Shown here one piece after another: positions 1 to 9,670 of a DNA stretch of 64,000 nucleotides. A program made the translations under genes and the position numbers. Source of the DNA: Desulfobacterales bacterium (GTDB taxonomy: Bacteria > Desulfobacterota > Desulfobacteria > Desulfobacterales > UBA2174); assembly GCA_963668645.2 (NCBI GenBank), contig CAXXWC010000018.1, forward strand, positions 160,001 to 224,000, in the 5' to 3' direction. The notes beneath the pieces were generated by a model. It was not told the DNA's origin, made no database searches, and saw nothing but the letters and a program-made list of their open reading frames with translations. Positions within the stretch are counted from its first letter, which is position 1; each line of letters starts with the position of its first letter.

Positions 1-1690
1 TGTTTGAATTGCTGTCTGTTTCACAATAGTCATACCGATAAATGACAGAATTCCCTTGAATTTGAAATTTTCCATTTTTTGGTGGCATAAAAAATCCGCT
101 ACTCGCCACGGGGTTGCTTAACACTAAAGTAGCGGCTGATCCGGGTGTAATGTTTTGCTGGCTGGAAGGATTTGCGATAACGGTAACGGATGTCCATTCT
201 GGTATTTCTGTGGTAATTGGATTAGACGGCAATAGTGTAAACATGTTACTACTGAAACTTGTATATTGATATTGCTTGGTGATAGTTGTATAAGCAGCTG
301 AGGCATTTGGACGAGTCTGTGTACGAATCTGGAGCTTGCCTGTTGAAGGCACTGAAAATCCATTGGGTGCTGCACCAGGGAATCGTACGTTTAAGGTGGT
401 TGCCCCAACAGCCTGATCTGATGAAGAAACCAGATAAAACGGTATTACTTCTAATTGTATGGCTCCTTCTGTCATATTGAGTGTGCGTCCGTCGAGAGTA
501 TTTGCCATTGCATTTTGGTCATCGTTACGACCATTATTGCTGCTATCCGTTGAATGAAGAAACTGGCTGGCGGCGTAACGGAACCCTGATTCTGCAAGAT
601 AGTAAGAATTCTTAGATACCTTATCGACCGTTTGACGCATGCTTGATGTATCGACCATAGAGAACATTACAACGCCCAATACAGATATAATTAAAATAGA
701 AAAAATTATTCCGATGAGGACGGACCCATGGTCGCTAAAAAATATAGAATTTTTCAGTGATATTCTTTTTGCTGTTTTTGTACCGGATCTTCTGTTTGCT
801 TTCTTAAATCTTATAAAAGCCCAAAAAGAAATAGCTGTTATCAGTAAGACAAGAGGAATGGCTCCTTTTGCATAAATTATTAAAAATGATATTGAAACAA
901 TGGGAAGCAACAAAATTCTTACGATAATTTTTAAACAAGAATTGGTTTCGATTATACCAGAAATACGAGGGCTATAGGTATAGTATAGATTGATAAAACG
1001 TCGGCCTATAGACCAGGTATTAAGATAGCGGTCTCTGAATTGCCTCAATATCACCACCATGGGATGAGAAGAATTCCCATAAGCCGAAGTAGCAATGAAG
1101 CAGGATTGAGTGAAAGCTGGTGGATTATCAGGGGTTGGAATGGGGGCGCCACCAGCGTTTCCGTTGTTTCTAGGATTGACCACTGTGCTAAAAGTAAAAT
1201 TACTTCCCCCTCCTGCATTGCTCATTGATAAATTGATGACAATATGCGATAGATCCCTGATGTCATCAGCGGCGGGATTCCAATTATTACTACTTTTTTT
1301 ATAATCGAAGCTTAAACCATTGACTTGGTCGACAAGGATGTCGCCGCTACTAAAAGAAGGATTCGAACCAGCCGTACCGGTTGCGATCAAAATCTCAGAA
1401 TTCCCATTGCCGCCAAGACCTATCGATGTCGCTCCGGAAACCTTGTCGAACGTTATTGAAGTGGTTGCGGCATTTGATGTCGGGGAAGGGATCGAATGAA
1501 GATCGATTAATTCTCTCGTAATCCTTGCTAGTGCAACTTGAGCTTTTCCTGCAACTATGGAATTGTCCTTTACAAAAAGGTAGCCTTCAACAAAAGAGAC
1601 TATTCCAAGGCCTGCAACAGCAGAAACAATACCGACTAAAATAAGGGTTATAATAATCTCAAATAGTGTAAAACCGCTTTGTTTTTTCAT
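1..1690 (-). CDS. Partial (>=563 aa, runs off left edge) minor-pilin fusion: PilW-like prepilin + CFI-box-CTERM/TM domain + PilX-like pilin
   Basis: Manually translated, no stop from ATG 1690 to base 1; AGGAG RBS upstream. N-term MKKQSG|FTLFEIIITL; internal CFIATSAYG...LRQFRDRYL...GRRFINLYYTYSP; hydrophobic stretch and basic linker; then DHG|SVLIGIIFSILIISVLG...SYYLAESGFRYA. Absent from the ORF track. Confidence 0.85.
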   Translation of the reverse strand, partial: MKKQSGFTLFEIIITLILVGIVSAVAGLGIVSFVEGYLFVKDNSIVAGKAQVALARITRELIDLHSIPSPTSNAATTSITFDKVSGATSIGLGGNGNSEILIATGTAGSNPSFSSGDILVDQVNGLSFDYKKSSNNWNPAADDIRDLSHIVINLSMSNAGGGSNFTFSTVVNPRNNGNAGGAPIPTPDNPPAFTQSCFIATSAYGNSSHPMVVILRQFRDRYLNTWSIGRRFINLYYTYSPRISGIIETNSCLKIIVRILLLPIVSISFLIIYAKGAIPLVLLITAISFWAFIRFKKANRRSGTKTAKRISLKNSIFFSDHGSVLIGIIFSILIISVLGVVMFSMVDTSSMRQTVDKVSKNSYYLAESGFRYAASQFLHSTDSSNNGRNDDQNAMANTLDGRTLNMTEGAIQLEVIPFYLVSSSDQAVGATTLNVRFPGAAPNGFSVPSTGKLQIRTQTRPNASAAYTTITKQYQYTSFSSNMFTLLPSNPITTEIPEWTSVTVIANPSSQQNITPGSAATLVLSNPVASSGFFMPPKNGKFQIQGNSVIYRYDYCETDSNSN

Positions 1691-1722
1691 GATAGACTCC
1701 TGCTGATTAGCCGATACGCTCT

Positions 1723-2190
1723 TCATTCGGTAAAAAAAGCTGTCAATTTCTGTTCGTTTGCAGGATCGGTAATAGTCACTTTAAGAATTTCAGTACCGCT
1801 TGTCTCGTTACAGTTCTTGCCGCTACAGTTGAAAGAGATATACCCATTGTAGCTTAGAGTATACTTTCCATAATCATTATCGTATGAATTGCCCGCTGTG
1901 CCGAGACTGTTTCGAAAAGTATTAAGAGGGTTGGCGTCATCCGTGGAAGCCATTGATTCTTTATAAAATGCGGTCATGTTTTCCATTACTTCACTTAAAT
2001 CATAAGTGTTTCTGACACGAATTAAATTCATGGAGCTTTGGGAAAGGCTATTTTTCATGAAAACAGTTAGTATCGTACCAAATATAGCGATCAATACCAA
2101 AGAAACAATCACTTCGATTAAAGTAAAAGCCCGGCTTTCAAAATTATTTTTCAGTTTAAAGATTTTGTTTGTAAAATTAGAACCAATCAT
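1723..2190 (-). CDS. Type IV minor pilin (PilV/MshD-like)
   Basis: Prepilin motif RA|FTLIEVIVSLVL; in operon with other pilins. Confidence 0.85.
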   Translation of the reverse strand: MIGSNFTNKIFKLKNNFESRAFTLIEVIVSLVLIAIFGTILTVFMKNSLSQSSMNLIRVRNTYDLSEVMENMTAFYKESMASTDDANPLNTFRNSLGTAGNSYDNDYGKYTLSYNGYISFNCSGKNCNETSGTEILKVTITDPANEQKLTAFFTE

Positions 2191-2222
2191 ATTATACCTC
2201 GTACGAAAAGAGATAAAAGTAA

Positions 2223-2678
2223 TTAAGGAATAAATCCTGTATTACGAGTAATTGTAATGTTTCCACCGTTAGTCGCGACAACGATTGTCGTTGCGCCAGG
2301 ACTTCCATATTCGTCAAACGTTACACGGTTTCCAGTTGGTGGTGATATTGTCAAACCTGAATTTTTTGCAGTCAGGTCAACCGTTGAAGAAGACTCTCCG
2401 GGAATGATGACATGGGTTGTAGAACCTGTTCCCTGAAACAAATAGTAAGAGGTCGTGTTGAAATATATACCCCATGCGTTGTCGGTATTGATGGCTTTTA
2501 TCTGCGCGTAACGCAAATGATTCTTTACGGTTTCAACCTGGGAAGGTAGATAGAACTGATCAACGTTAGGCATACGAGAGAGCGCTATTGCGCTTAAAAT
2601 GCCAAGGATCAACAGCACAGCCACGACCTCGATAATAGTAAAACCGGCATAATGCCCGGTACGTTTTTCGTTTCTCAT
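2223..2678 (-). CDS. Type IV minor pilin (FimT/MshC-like)
   Basis: AG|FTIIEVVAVLLILGILSAIA; HLRYAQIKA; C-terminal VTFDEYGSP...ITRNTGFIP. Confidence 0.85.
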   Translation of the reverse strand: MRNEKRTGHYAGFTIIEVVAVLLILGILSAIALSRMPNVDQFYLPSQVETVKNHLRYAQIKAINTDNAWGIYFNTTSYYLFQGTGSTTHVIIPGESSSTVDLTAKNSGLTISPPTGNRVTFDEYGSPGATTIVVATNGGNITITRNTGFIP

Positions 2679-3065
2679 GAAAGTATCTCCTCAAAATTAA
2701 TTCTGTGCAATCAAATGTTTTCGGACTCCATATAGTGGATGGAGATAATTTCTGACCGTTCATCGCTTTCAAGAGAAACGGGCATTGAAAGTATCATATT
2801 ATACAACATGGAAACAAAATTAGTCACTACTGTTAAAATTTTTTTTAAAAATTGAAATTTCGCGCTGCTATTCCATAGTATCTTCTCCTAATCGCTTTTG
2901 ATCGGTTCCCTGAATTTTGGAGGCCACGTGGCTACAGAGGGGAAAACCATCAAACATCAGAGGATTGGGAGATTTGTTTGGCCTAAAAATCTTCAATTTA
3001 TGTCGGATTGTGTCTGTATAAGAAAAATAAATAAGAAAATCAGTATATTAAGATCGTTTAAGGGC

Positions 3066-3081
3066 TGGCACGAAAATGGCA
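3066..3081 (+). promoter_or_regulatory. Putative sigma54 (-24/-12) promoter of the major pilin
   Basis: TGGCACGAAAATGGCA with GG-N10-GC spacing, ~160 nt upstream of the pilin ATG. Confidence 0.6.
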
Positions 3082-3241
3082 AAGTATCCACTAGGCTTGA
3101 TTGACACTCATTGACAATGAGCAGGCATTAGGGTAAATAGTCTTATTGTGGGAAAAATTTTGGGGAAAAATACATTCCATCATTCGGGGATTGACTCGAA
3201 ATTAACTTCAATGCACAGATTGTTTTGAAAGGAGAAGGAAA

Positions 3242-3640
3242 ATGCTGAGAAAAGACATAAAGAAGGCCCAAGGCGGTTTCACCTTGATTGAAATTATTGC
3301 GGTGTTGGTTATTCTGGGGATTTTGGCGGCGGTGGCCATTCCGAGGTTTATCGACTTGCAGGCGGATGCTAAGGATAAAGCACTTGATGGTGCCTGCGCG
3401 GCATATGCCTCAAATATCAACCTGCAATTTTCCAAACAGTTGCTGAATGGTAGCAATGTCAGCAATTCTCTAACTGAAGCTTTTACCGCTGCACCAACAG
3501 ATTTGGGTGATTTTAATGCAAGTGGTGCAACAGCCCCAGCACCAACAGAGGAAACCTATACATTTACCGTTGCACATGAGACAGATACAGATTGGAACAA
3601 ATCGTGTACAGCTCCAAATCCTGGTTATGCCGGTAGCTGA
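3242..3640 (+). CDS. Type IV major pilin, MshA/PilA-like
   Basis: QGG|FTLIEIIAVLVILGILAAVAIPRFIDLQ; strong RBS; own promoter and terminator. Confidence 0.88.
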   Translation: MLRKDIKKAQGGFTLIEIIAVLVILGILAAVAIPRFIDLQADAKDKALDGACAAYASNINLQFSKQLLNGSNVSNSLTEAFTAAPTDLGDFNASGATAPAPTEETYTFTVAHETDTDWNKSCTAPNPGYAGS

Positions 3641-3661
3641 TAGTCTTTTGTATAGAGCGAT

Positions 3662-3703
3662 AAAATCCAAGGGATTCTCCAGGTGGGGAATCCCTTGGAT
3701 TTT
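3662..3703. terminator. Bidirectional intrinsic terminator
   Basis: AAAATCCAAGGGATTC...GAATCCCTTGGATTTT inverted repeat between convergent genes. Confidence 0.8.
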
Positions 3704-3770
3704 CTATGAGGACGGTAGAGCTAAAAGATCAAATCGATATAAACATACGGCAAGAATGATTTTAAAACCG

Positions 3771-5885
3771 TTACTTTGATCTCGAAAGAGCTTCAATCTC
3801 TAATCTTAGCCCTTCACAGATAGTATGCCTTAAACTATTGTTGTAAACAACCTCACCATTTTGCTCCAAATTGGCGATACGGTTTTTAATATTCCGGAAA
3901 CCAATCCTTTTTTTCAGAAGCAAAAGATCGATCACCGACTTGCGTAATGATAAATCATCACTCATTACATTGGCCAATCGTATTAAAGCCAATAAGGGTT
4001 CGATATCTTCTTGATCGACTTTCTGATATGAGGTCCAATATATTTTTGATAGTCTGTATTCTTTCAGTTTAAAAAAAGATTCTCCCAAGACTTTTAAAGC
4101 CGTTTTTTCATCATTTTTGAGCAGTAGCGTTTTATAAGCCATTTTTATTGCACCGGAATAATTATCTTGCCGAAGTAGTATCAAACTTTTTAACCCTAAT
4201 ATTTTCGGCTCTTCAGGATGCCTATTTATTAGTTCCTCTGCTACTTTGTCTGCTTCATCATACTTTTTTTGTTCAATGTATGCATGTACAAGGTTGAATA
4301 TAGACTTTTCATAAGAAGGATCAATTGATAATGCCCGCTTGTAGAATTCGATGGCTTTTGCGGGCTCCTTCTCTAATAAATAAATATTGCCAAGATTGTT
4401 AAATGGCACTGCTTGTAAATCAAGGCGATCATATCGAGAGATTTCTATATCTTTTAAAAACGAATTTTTGGCCTTTTCAAAAAGTCCCATATCATAATAT
4501 GTTTTGCCCAAGTTTAAATGCACGCGACTTAAATTTGGCGACTTTTCTATATTATCCTGCCAGATATATATCGGGTGTTTAAATAGATAATTTCTTTTTA
4601 TAACCGAATACCCTTGTCCGGCAATGGTTACACAAATTATACAAGCAACAGCTGTCTTGAATATGTTTTTCTTACCGAAATTGTAGTAGAAATTGATAGT
4701 TGCCATGCTCAGTAGTAAAAATATGGTGACAGAAGGCAGGTAATTACGGTGTTCATACATGATTTCCAGGGGTATGAAAGAGCTTTCAATCAGGTTATTT
4801 ATGATAAAGAATAGCATGCAAAAGGAAATAATGCGATTTTTTCTGAACAAAAATAACCCTAATAATACCCATGCTATCCAAAATAGAATGGCCGGCATAG
4901 TACTCCATGGGGTCAGAAGAGAAGTTGATATAGGGACGTCATAAATTAAAGTAAAGCGGTCAGTCATCGGGTAAAGAATAAGAGAGAGATAATTCAGAAG
5001 AACCCGCGGCTCTGTAAGAACCCGCTCTGTTAAGCTGAAACTTCTATAATCATATCCAGACAAAATATCTAAAGGATTTGCCACTAAAAACGAGATTGAA
5101 GCAATTAGCGAAATCAATAATACACCGACTATGAATTTGACTTGAATTCCAGCCGTTTGCATTTTTTTAAAAAACAAAAATTCGTATAATAAAAGAACAA
5201 GGGGTAGTAAGAAGACATTCTCCTTGCTTGCCATCGATGATATCGCAAAAATTGCACCCAATACATAATATGTTGTTCTTTTTAATTTTTGTCTGGCTAT
5301 CCGACCCTGAAGATAAAAAAATATTGTCATGATATAGAACATGCCTGCCATACTGGTCATGCGTTGGACGATGTAAGTCACTGAGGTAACCAGGATAGGA
5401 TGGGTGGCCCAAAGGGCGGTGGCCAGCAAGGCAATGGAACCGGCACGATTGTCGTATTTTCCCCGTAGTATGGGAAGATGGAGTGTTTCGTAGATAAAGA
5501 GGTAGAGAAAAATTGTCGCAATACTGTGAATAATTACATTGACCAGGTGATAGCCCCAGGGACTCAGACCACCAAAATAATAGTTAAGTGCAAAACTGAT
5601 ATAGGATAGTGGTCGGTCGACACGTTTGCCTCCCAAGCCGCACGCCGCATCTTTAATCCCCTCCCAATCGAGAACCTTCATATGAATACGGGGATTGGCG
5701 ACGATATTTTGTTCGTCATCGAAGATCCAGGTCCCATTGAAACTGTTGGCATAAATTATCCAGATCAGCGCCAAGATCAGCAGCAAGGGAACGGCGTGAG
5801 CGCGCCAACACAGAGTCTGGTCCGGGGTGCAGCAGGCTTCGGAGGGCATTTTATTGGTTGCGGCTGGTAAATAAGCGTCATTCAT
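3771..5885 (-). CDS. TMTC-family GT-C membrane glycosyltransferase with C-terminal TPRs
   Basis: WIFDD, RPLSYISFALNY, HLVNVIIH, HP...VTYIVQR, SKE, EHRNYLP motifs plus TPRs; start uncertain (5885 ATG or 5942 TTG). Confidence 0.85.
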   Translation of the reverse strand: MNDAYLPAATNKMPSEACCTPDQTLCWRAHAVPLLLILALIWIIYANSFNGTWIFDDEQNIVANPRIHMKVLDWEGIKDAACGLGGKRVDRPLSYISFALNYYFGGLSPWGYHLVNVIIHSIATIFLYLFIYETLHLPILRGKYDNRAGSIALLATALWATHPILVTSVTYIVQRMTSMAGMFYIMTIFFYLQGRIARQKLKRTTYYVLGAIFAISSMASKENVFLLPLVLLLYEFLFFKKMQTAGIQVKFIVGVLLISLIASISFLVANPLDILSGYDYRSFSLTERVLTEPRVLLNYLSLILYPMTDRFTLIYDVPISTSLLTPWSTMPAILFWIAWVLLGLFLFRKNRIISFCMLFFIINNLIESSFIPLEIMYEHRNYLPSVTIFLLLSMATINFYYNFGKKNIFKTAVACIICVTIAGQGYSVIKRNYLFKHPIYIWQDNIEKSPNLSRVHLNLGKTYYDMGLFEKAKNSFLKDIEISRYDRLDLQAVPFNNLGNIYLLEKEPAKAIEFYKRALSIDPSYEKSIFNLVHAYIEQKKYDEADKVAEELINRHPEEPKILGLKSLILLRQDNYSGAIKMAYKTLLLKNDEKTALKVLGESFFKLKEYRLSKIYWTSYQKVDQEDIEPLLALIRLANVMSDDLSLRKSVIDLLLLKKRIGFRNIKNRIANLEQNGEVVYNNSLRHTICEGLRLEIEALSRSK

Positions 5886-6811
5886 GGAAATCCCCCGGTG
5901 TCTGTGAAAGTTGATTTCGTCTTTTTTCGAAAAAATTTTCAAGGATGGAAGCCATGTCCCGCATCATCTGCGCTGTAGGCTGCCAGCCTCGGCAATGTCA
6001 AGACATGAACCGCCTCTTTACGTTTAGGTGAACATCGCATGCATTTGCCTCCTGCACCCCTTTTATAGAGTATCTCGGTTCATGCGACAACTATCCCGGC
6101 ACGGGGAAAGAGCGAGCGTCCCGGCCGTTTAATAGCGTTCATCGCGCAGATCCCGGATCACCATTGCACTGGATGACGATTTGCACCGTGCACTCAAGGA
6201 GACGGCCGCTCGGCAGGGGCGCAGCATCGGCCAGATCATCGAAGAGAGCCTTGGTGCTCGGTCATCTCACCCACCACTTCGGCCGAACACTTCAAGAAAC
6301 GGTGATGACGCGGTTTCAACTTGATACCTGGCCTTGTGGGATCGGTTTTTAACCGCGATAAGGCATAGTGGGCGGACGCTCGGTCGCGGATAACTTCCGC
6401 TCCTGTCAGGAATACACCTTTACATGCTTTTGCTCTCCGCGTCTCAGCGTCTCCGCGCGAAACCGGCAGTTTTCCGCCCTTTTCCCGCCTTTTGGATCAA
6501 CTTCAGATTCCTCGATGCAGGCTTTTCGGAATGATCCGGGGAAGGGATGGCTGAGTCTCTCCGTGTGAGGCACCTCTACAGGACTGCGCGCCTCCGCGCG
6601 AGGCCGTCCTTTTTCAGACGTTTCCCAGCTTGATTGCGCGGTATTTTCCCATGTGGTAAAGAAACCTCCGGACGGTGCGCCGGTTTTCACCTTCATCGAT
6701 GTACAAGCGGCGCCTTGCCCTATTGCGATAGTGAGCCTCGCGGCCGGTGGCTGCCGCCGGTGGCGTTCGGAATCATGAACCGATCCGGGAAAGCGGAATT
6801 TCAGACAGATC

Positions 6812-8245
6812 ATGAAAAGAGATAACAACAGACAGCGCGCCTTGATCGCGCTCGGGACGATGGGCCTGCTCGTGGCTGTTTTGGCCTCCGCCGAACCATA
6901 TTTAGCCGCCCTGGCCGATCTTTGCGGCTTTGTCGGCGGCAGTTGCCGGGACACGGCGGCCTATTCGCTTTTCGGGCAGCCCGTGGCACTTTGGGGCATC
7001 GCCTACTATGTGGTGCTGCTCGGGTGCATTCTCAAAGCACCCACATGGACTTTTCGTCTGGTCATGGCCGGCGTCGGGGTGGAGGCCACTTTCTTTTACG
7101 CCCTGGTCGCCCATCGTATTTTTTGCCCCATCTGCATGCTGAATCTGGTGGTGGTGGTGGCCCTGGCGGTCCTGGTATTTCGCCCCTCGCGTGCCTGGGA
7201 AGCCTTGGCCCTGGGCCTCCTTTTCATGGTCCTTTCCCTGGCGCCTTTTACCTCCGAAAACCTGCCGCAGCGCAATCCTTCCCGTGCGGATGCGCAGCCG
7301 GCCGTCGTCGCCCGGGTCGACGGCAAACCGATCACGGCAGCGGATCTGGAACGCACCATGGCGGGCCGGATCTACGATGCGCGCATGGGCCTATACAAGG
7401 ATAAGGTCAAGCAGCTCGACCAGATCATTCAGGAGCGTCTTCTTGAACTGGAAGCCCAGCGACTCGATACCACGGTGGAGAAGCTGCGCGTAGCGGCCGT
7501 CAAGGACGTGGCACCTGTTTCGGACGGGGATATCGATGCCTATCTGGCGGCCAATCCGGGTATCGTTTCCAATTGGCAAGGACCGAAGGCCGAATTGCGG
7601 AAGCGGATCAGCGAGCATCTGGGCCGCAACAGGATCACCACAGCGTTGAACACCTTTGTGGACGGTCTGCGAAGCGGCCGGAAAGTCGAGATCCTTCTAA
7701 GCGAACCGCCCCTTCCCCTGACCCAGGTGCCTCTGGGCGCCAGTCCGAGCCAGGGACCCGCCGATGCCCGGGTCACGGTGGTGGAATTTTCCGATTATCT
7801 TTGCCCGGCCTGCCGCAAGGCCCACGATGTCGTCTCCGGCCTGCGCCGGACCTACGAGGGCCGGATTCGATGGGTCTTCAAGGACCTGCCTCTCGAGCGC
7901 CACCAGGCCTCCTTCCAGATGGCCGAGGCGGCCCGCTGCGCCCATGATCAGGGAGACTTCTGGCAATACCAGGATCTGCTGTTCCAGGCGCCGAAAGACC
8001 TCGACCAGGCCGGGTTGGTCGAACTGGCGCAAACCCTGGGAATGGACGGCGGGCAATTTGAACAGTGCATCCGGGATGAAAAGCACCGTGCCGATGTGCT
8101 GGAAGATATGCTGGCGGCCCGTGAAGCTGGGGTGGACGCCACACCGACCTTCATCGTCAACGGCAGACTGCGGCCCGGCCTCGGGCGCAACAACAACCTG
8201 CACGCCCTGATCGAAGCCGAGTTGAGCACCCCGGTCCCGCACTGA
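6812..8245 (+). CDS. VKOR-family membrane domain fused to SurA-N-like linker and DsbA-family thioredoxin
   Basis: N-terminal TMs with C-x6-C and CPIC; VARVDGKPIT; EFSDYLCPAC and GVDATPTFIVNG. Confidence 0.85.
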   Translation: MKRDNNRQRALIALGTMGLLVAVLASAEPYLAALADLCGFVGGSCRDTAAYSLFGQPVALWGIAYYVVLLGCILKAPTWTFRLVMAGVGVEATFFYALVAHRIFCPICMLNLVVVVALAVLVFRPSRAWEALALGLLFMVLSLAPFTSENLPQRNPSRADAQPAVVARVDGKPITAADLERTMAGRIYDARMGLYKDKVKQLDQIIQERLLELEAQRLDTTVEKLRVAAVKDVAPVSDGDIDAYLAANPGIVSNWQGPKAELRKRISEHLGRNRITTALNTFVDGLRSGRKVEILLSEPPLPLTQVPLGASPSQGPADARVTVVEFSDYLCPACRKAHDVVSGLRRTYEGRIRWVFKDLPLERHQASFQMAEAARCAHDQGDFWQYQDLLFQAPKDLDQAGLVELAQTLGMDGGQFEQCIRDEKHRADVLEDMLAAREAGVDATPTFIVNGRLRPGLGRNNNLHALIEAELSTPVPH

Positions 8246-8394
8246 AAGATTTCTTAAGCGCCTGAAGGTTCTTTTCATTTTTTCCCGTTTACAGCCTGTA
8301 AAGATAGTGGACACTCCTTTTGCCGGCGATGGCCGGTAAGTATTTTTTGTCACTTGATTTAAGCCTGTTATGCGCCTTGCTGGGCTTGCGTTGA

Positions 8395-8410
8395 TGGCAC
8401 AAGGCTTGCA
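8395..8410 (+). promoter_or_regulatory. sigma54 promoter of the usp-acuB operon
   Basis: TGGCACAAGGCTTGCA, near-consensus -24/-12. Confidence 0.75.
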
Positions 8411-8466
8411 ATGAAATCAGTGGCAATAAAGGTCGATCGGTCCCACCAAAAGCTATTGGACAAAGG

Positions 8467-8940
8467 ATGGCGGCTATGAATTTTTACAAGCGCATCATGG
8501 TGGCAGTCGATTTTTCGGAATTTTCCTCAAACGCCGTGGCCCACGCCGCAGCTCTGGCACGGCGTCTCAGCGCAAGCCTGATTCTGGTCAATGTGCTGAA
8601 CCGGCGTGATGTGGAGACGGTCGAAAGGGTTCTGGTAGGACAGACGGAGTTTACCGCCGAACAGTACATCGAAAGCCAAAATCAGGAGCGCTTGAGACGC
8701 CTGCGCGCGCTTCTATCCGAAGCCAATGCCGAGGATATCCCCTCCAAAGTCGTGGTAGAGACGGGGGTGCCGTACCAGGTTCTGCTTGAACAGATCAGGG
8801 TCGAAAATGCCGATTTGCTGGTGATGAGCACCAAAGGCCGCGGGAACCTGGCGGATACCGTGGTCGGCTCCTGTGCCCAGAAGATGTACCGCCGCTGCCC
8901 GGTGCCGCTGCTCAGCCTGCGGCCAGAAAAAAGGAGGTAG
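8467..8940 (+). CDS. Universal stress protein (single Usp domain)
   Basis: IMVAVDFSEFS...DLLVMSTKGRGNLADTVVGS. Confidence 0.92.
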   Translation: MAAMNFYKRIMVAVDFSEFSSNAVAHAAALARRLSASLILVNVLNRRDVETVERVLVGQTEFTAEQYIESQNQERLRRLRALLSEANAEDIPSKVVVETGVPYQVLLEQIRVENADLLVMSTKGRGNLADTVVGSCAQKMYRRCPVPLLSLRPEKRR

Positions 8941-8943
8941 CCG

Positions 8944-9627
8944 ATGCTGGTCAAAAATTGGATGCAAACCGAGGTGGTCACCATTGAAGATCAGGACTCG
9001 ATGGAAAAGGCCATCAAGGTCATGAAGCAAAACGACGTGCGCATGCTGCCGGTGCTGCACAAGGGACGTCTGGTGGGCGTGTTGACGGACCGTGATTTGA
9101 AGCGGGCCTCGGCCTCGGAGGCCACCGCCCTGGAAGTCCACGAGCTGTTTTACCTCATCTCCCAGATCAAAGTGGCCTCGATCATGAGTGCCCCGGCCAT
9201 CAGCGTTCCGCCGGATTTTACCATTGAAGAAACGGCCGAATTGCTGCTGCGTCACCGGATCTCGGGAGCCCCGGTGGTGGACGGCCAGAACCGCATCGTG
9301 GGCATTATCACCCAGGTCGAAATCAACAAGTTGATTATCGCCCTGACCGGCTTGGGACAGCGAGGGATACAGTTGGCTTTTCTGCTGACCGACCAGCCGG
9401 GATCGATCAAGGCGGTGGCTGACGTGATTCGAAACTATCAGGGCCGGCTGTTGAGCATCCTGACCTCCTACGACCAGGTGCCGGAGGGCTACCGCAAGGT
9501 CTATATCCGCTGCTTCGGCCTGGAACGTTCACGGGTGCCGGCGTTGCTCGAGGCTCTGCGTGAAAAGGGCAAGCTGCTTTACATGGTGGACCACAAAGAG
9601 AACCTGCGCGAGATTTTCGACACCTGA
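8944..9627 (+). CDS. acuB: CBS-pair + ACT domain protein (AcuB-like)
   Basis: MLVKNWM, two CBS domains, ACT motif DQPGSI. Confidence 0.85.
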   Translation: MLVKNWMQTEVVTIEDQDSMEKAIKVMKQNDVRMLPVLHKGRLVGVLTDRDLKRASASEATALEVHELFYLISQIKVASIMSAPAISVPPDFTIEETAELLLRHRISGAPVVDGQNRIVGIITQVEINKLIIALTGLGQRGIQLAFLLTDQPGSIKAVADVIRNYQGRLLSILTSYDQVPEGYRKVYIRCFGLERSRVPALLEALREKGKLLYMVDHKENLREIFDT

Positions 9628-9670
9628 TCGATGCTGGATGCCGTTCGGACCGGTACGACAGGAAATGGTT

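Noticed and set aside
3242..3640. Conductive e-pilin
   Set aside because: Full-length MshA-like pilin with a globular domain, not the short aromatic-dense Geobacter type.
5950..6800. Coding gene or structured RNA in this intergenic region
   Set aside because: Short ORFs lack motifs; no tRNA or riboswitch pattern recognised.
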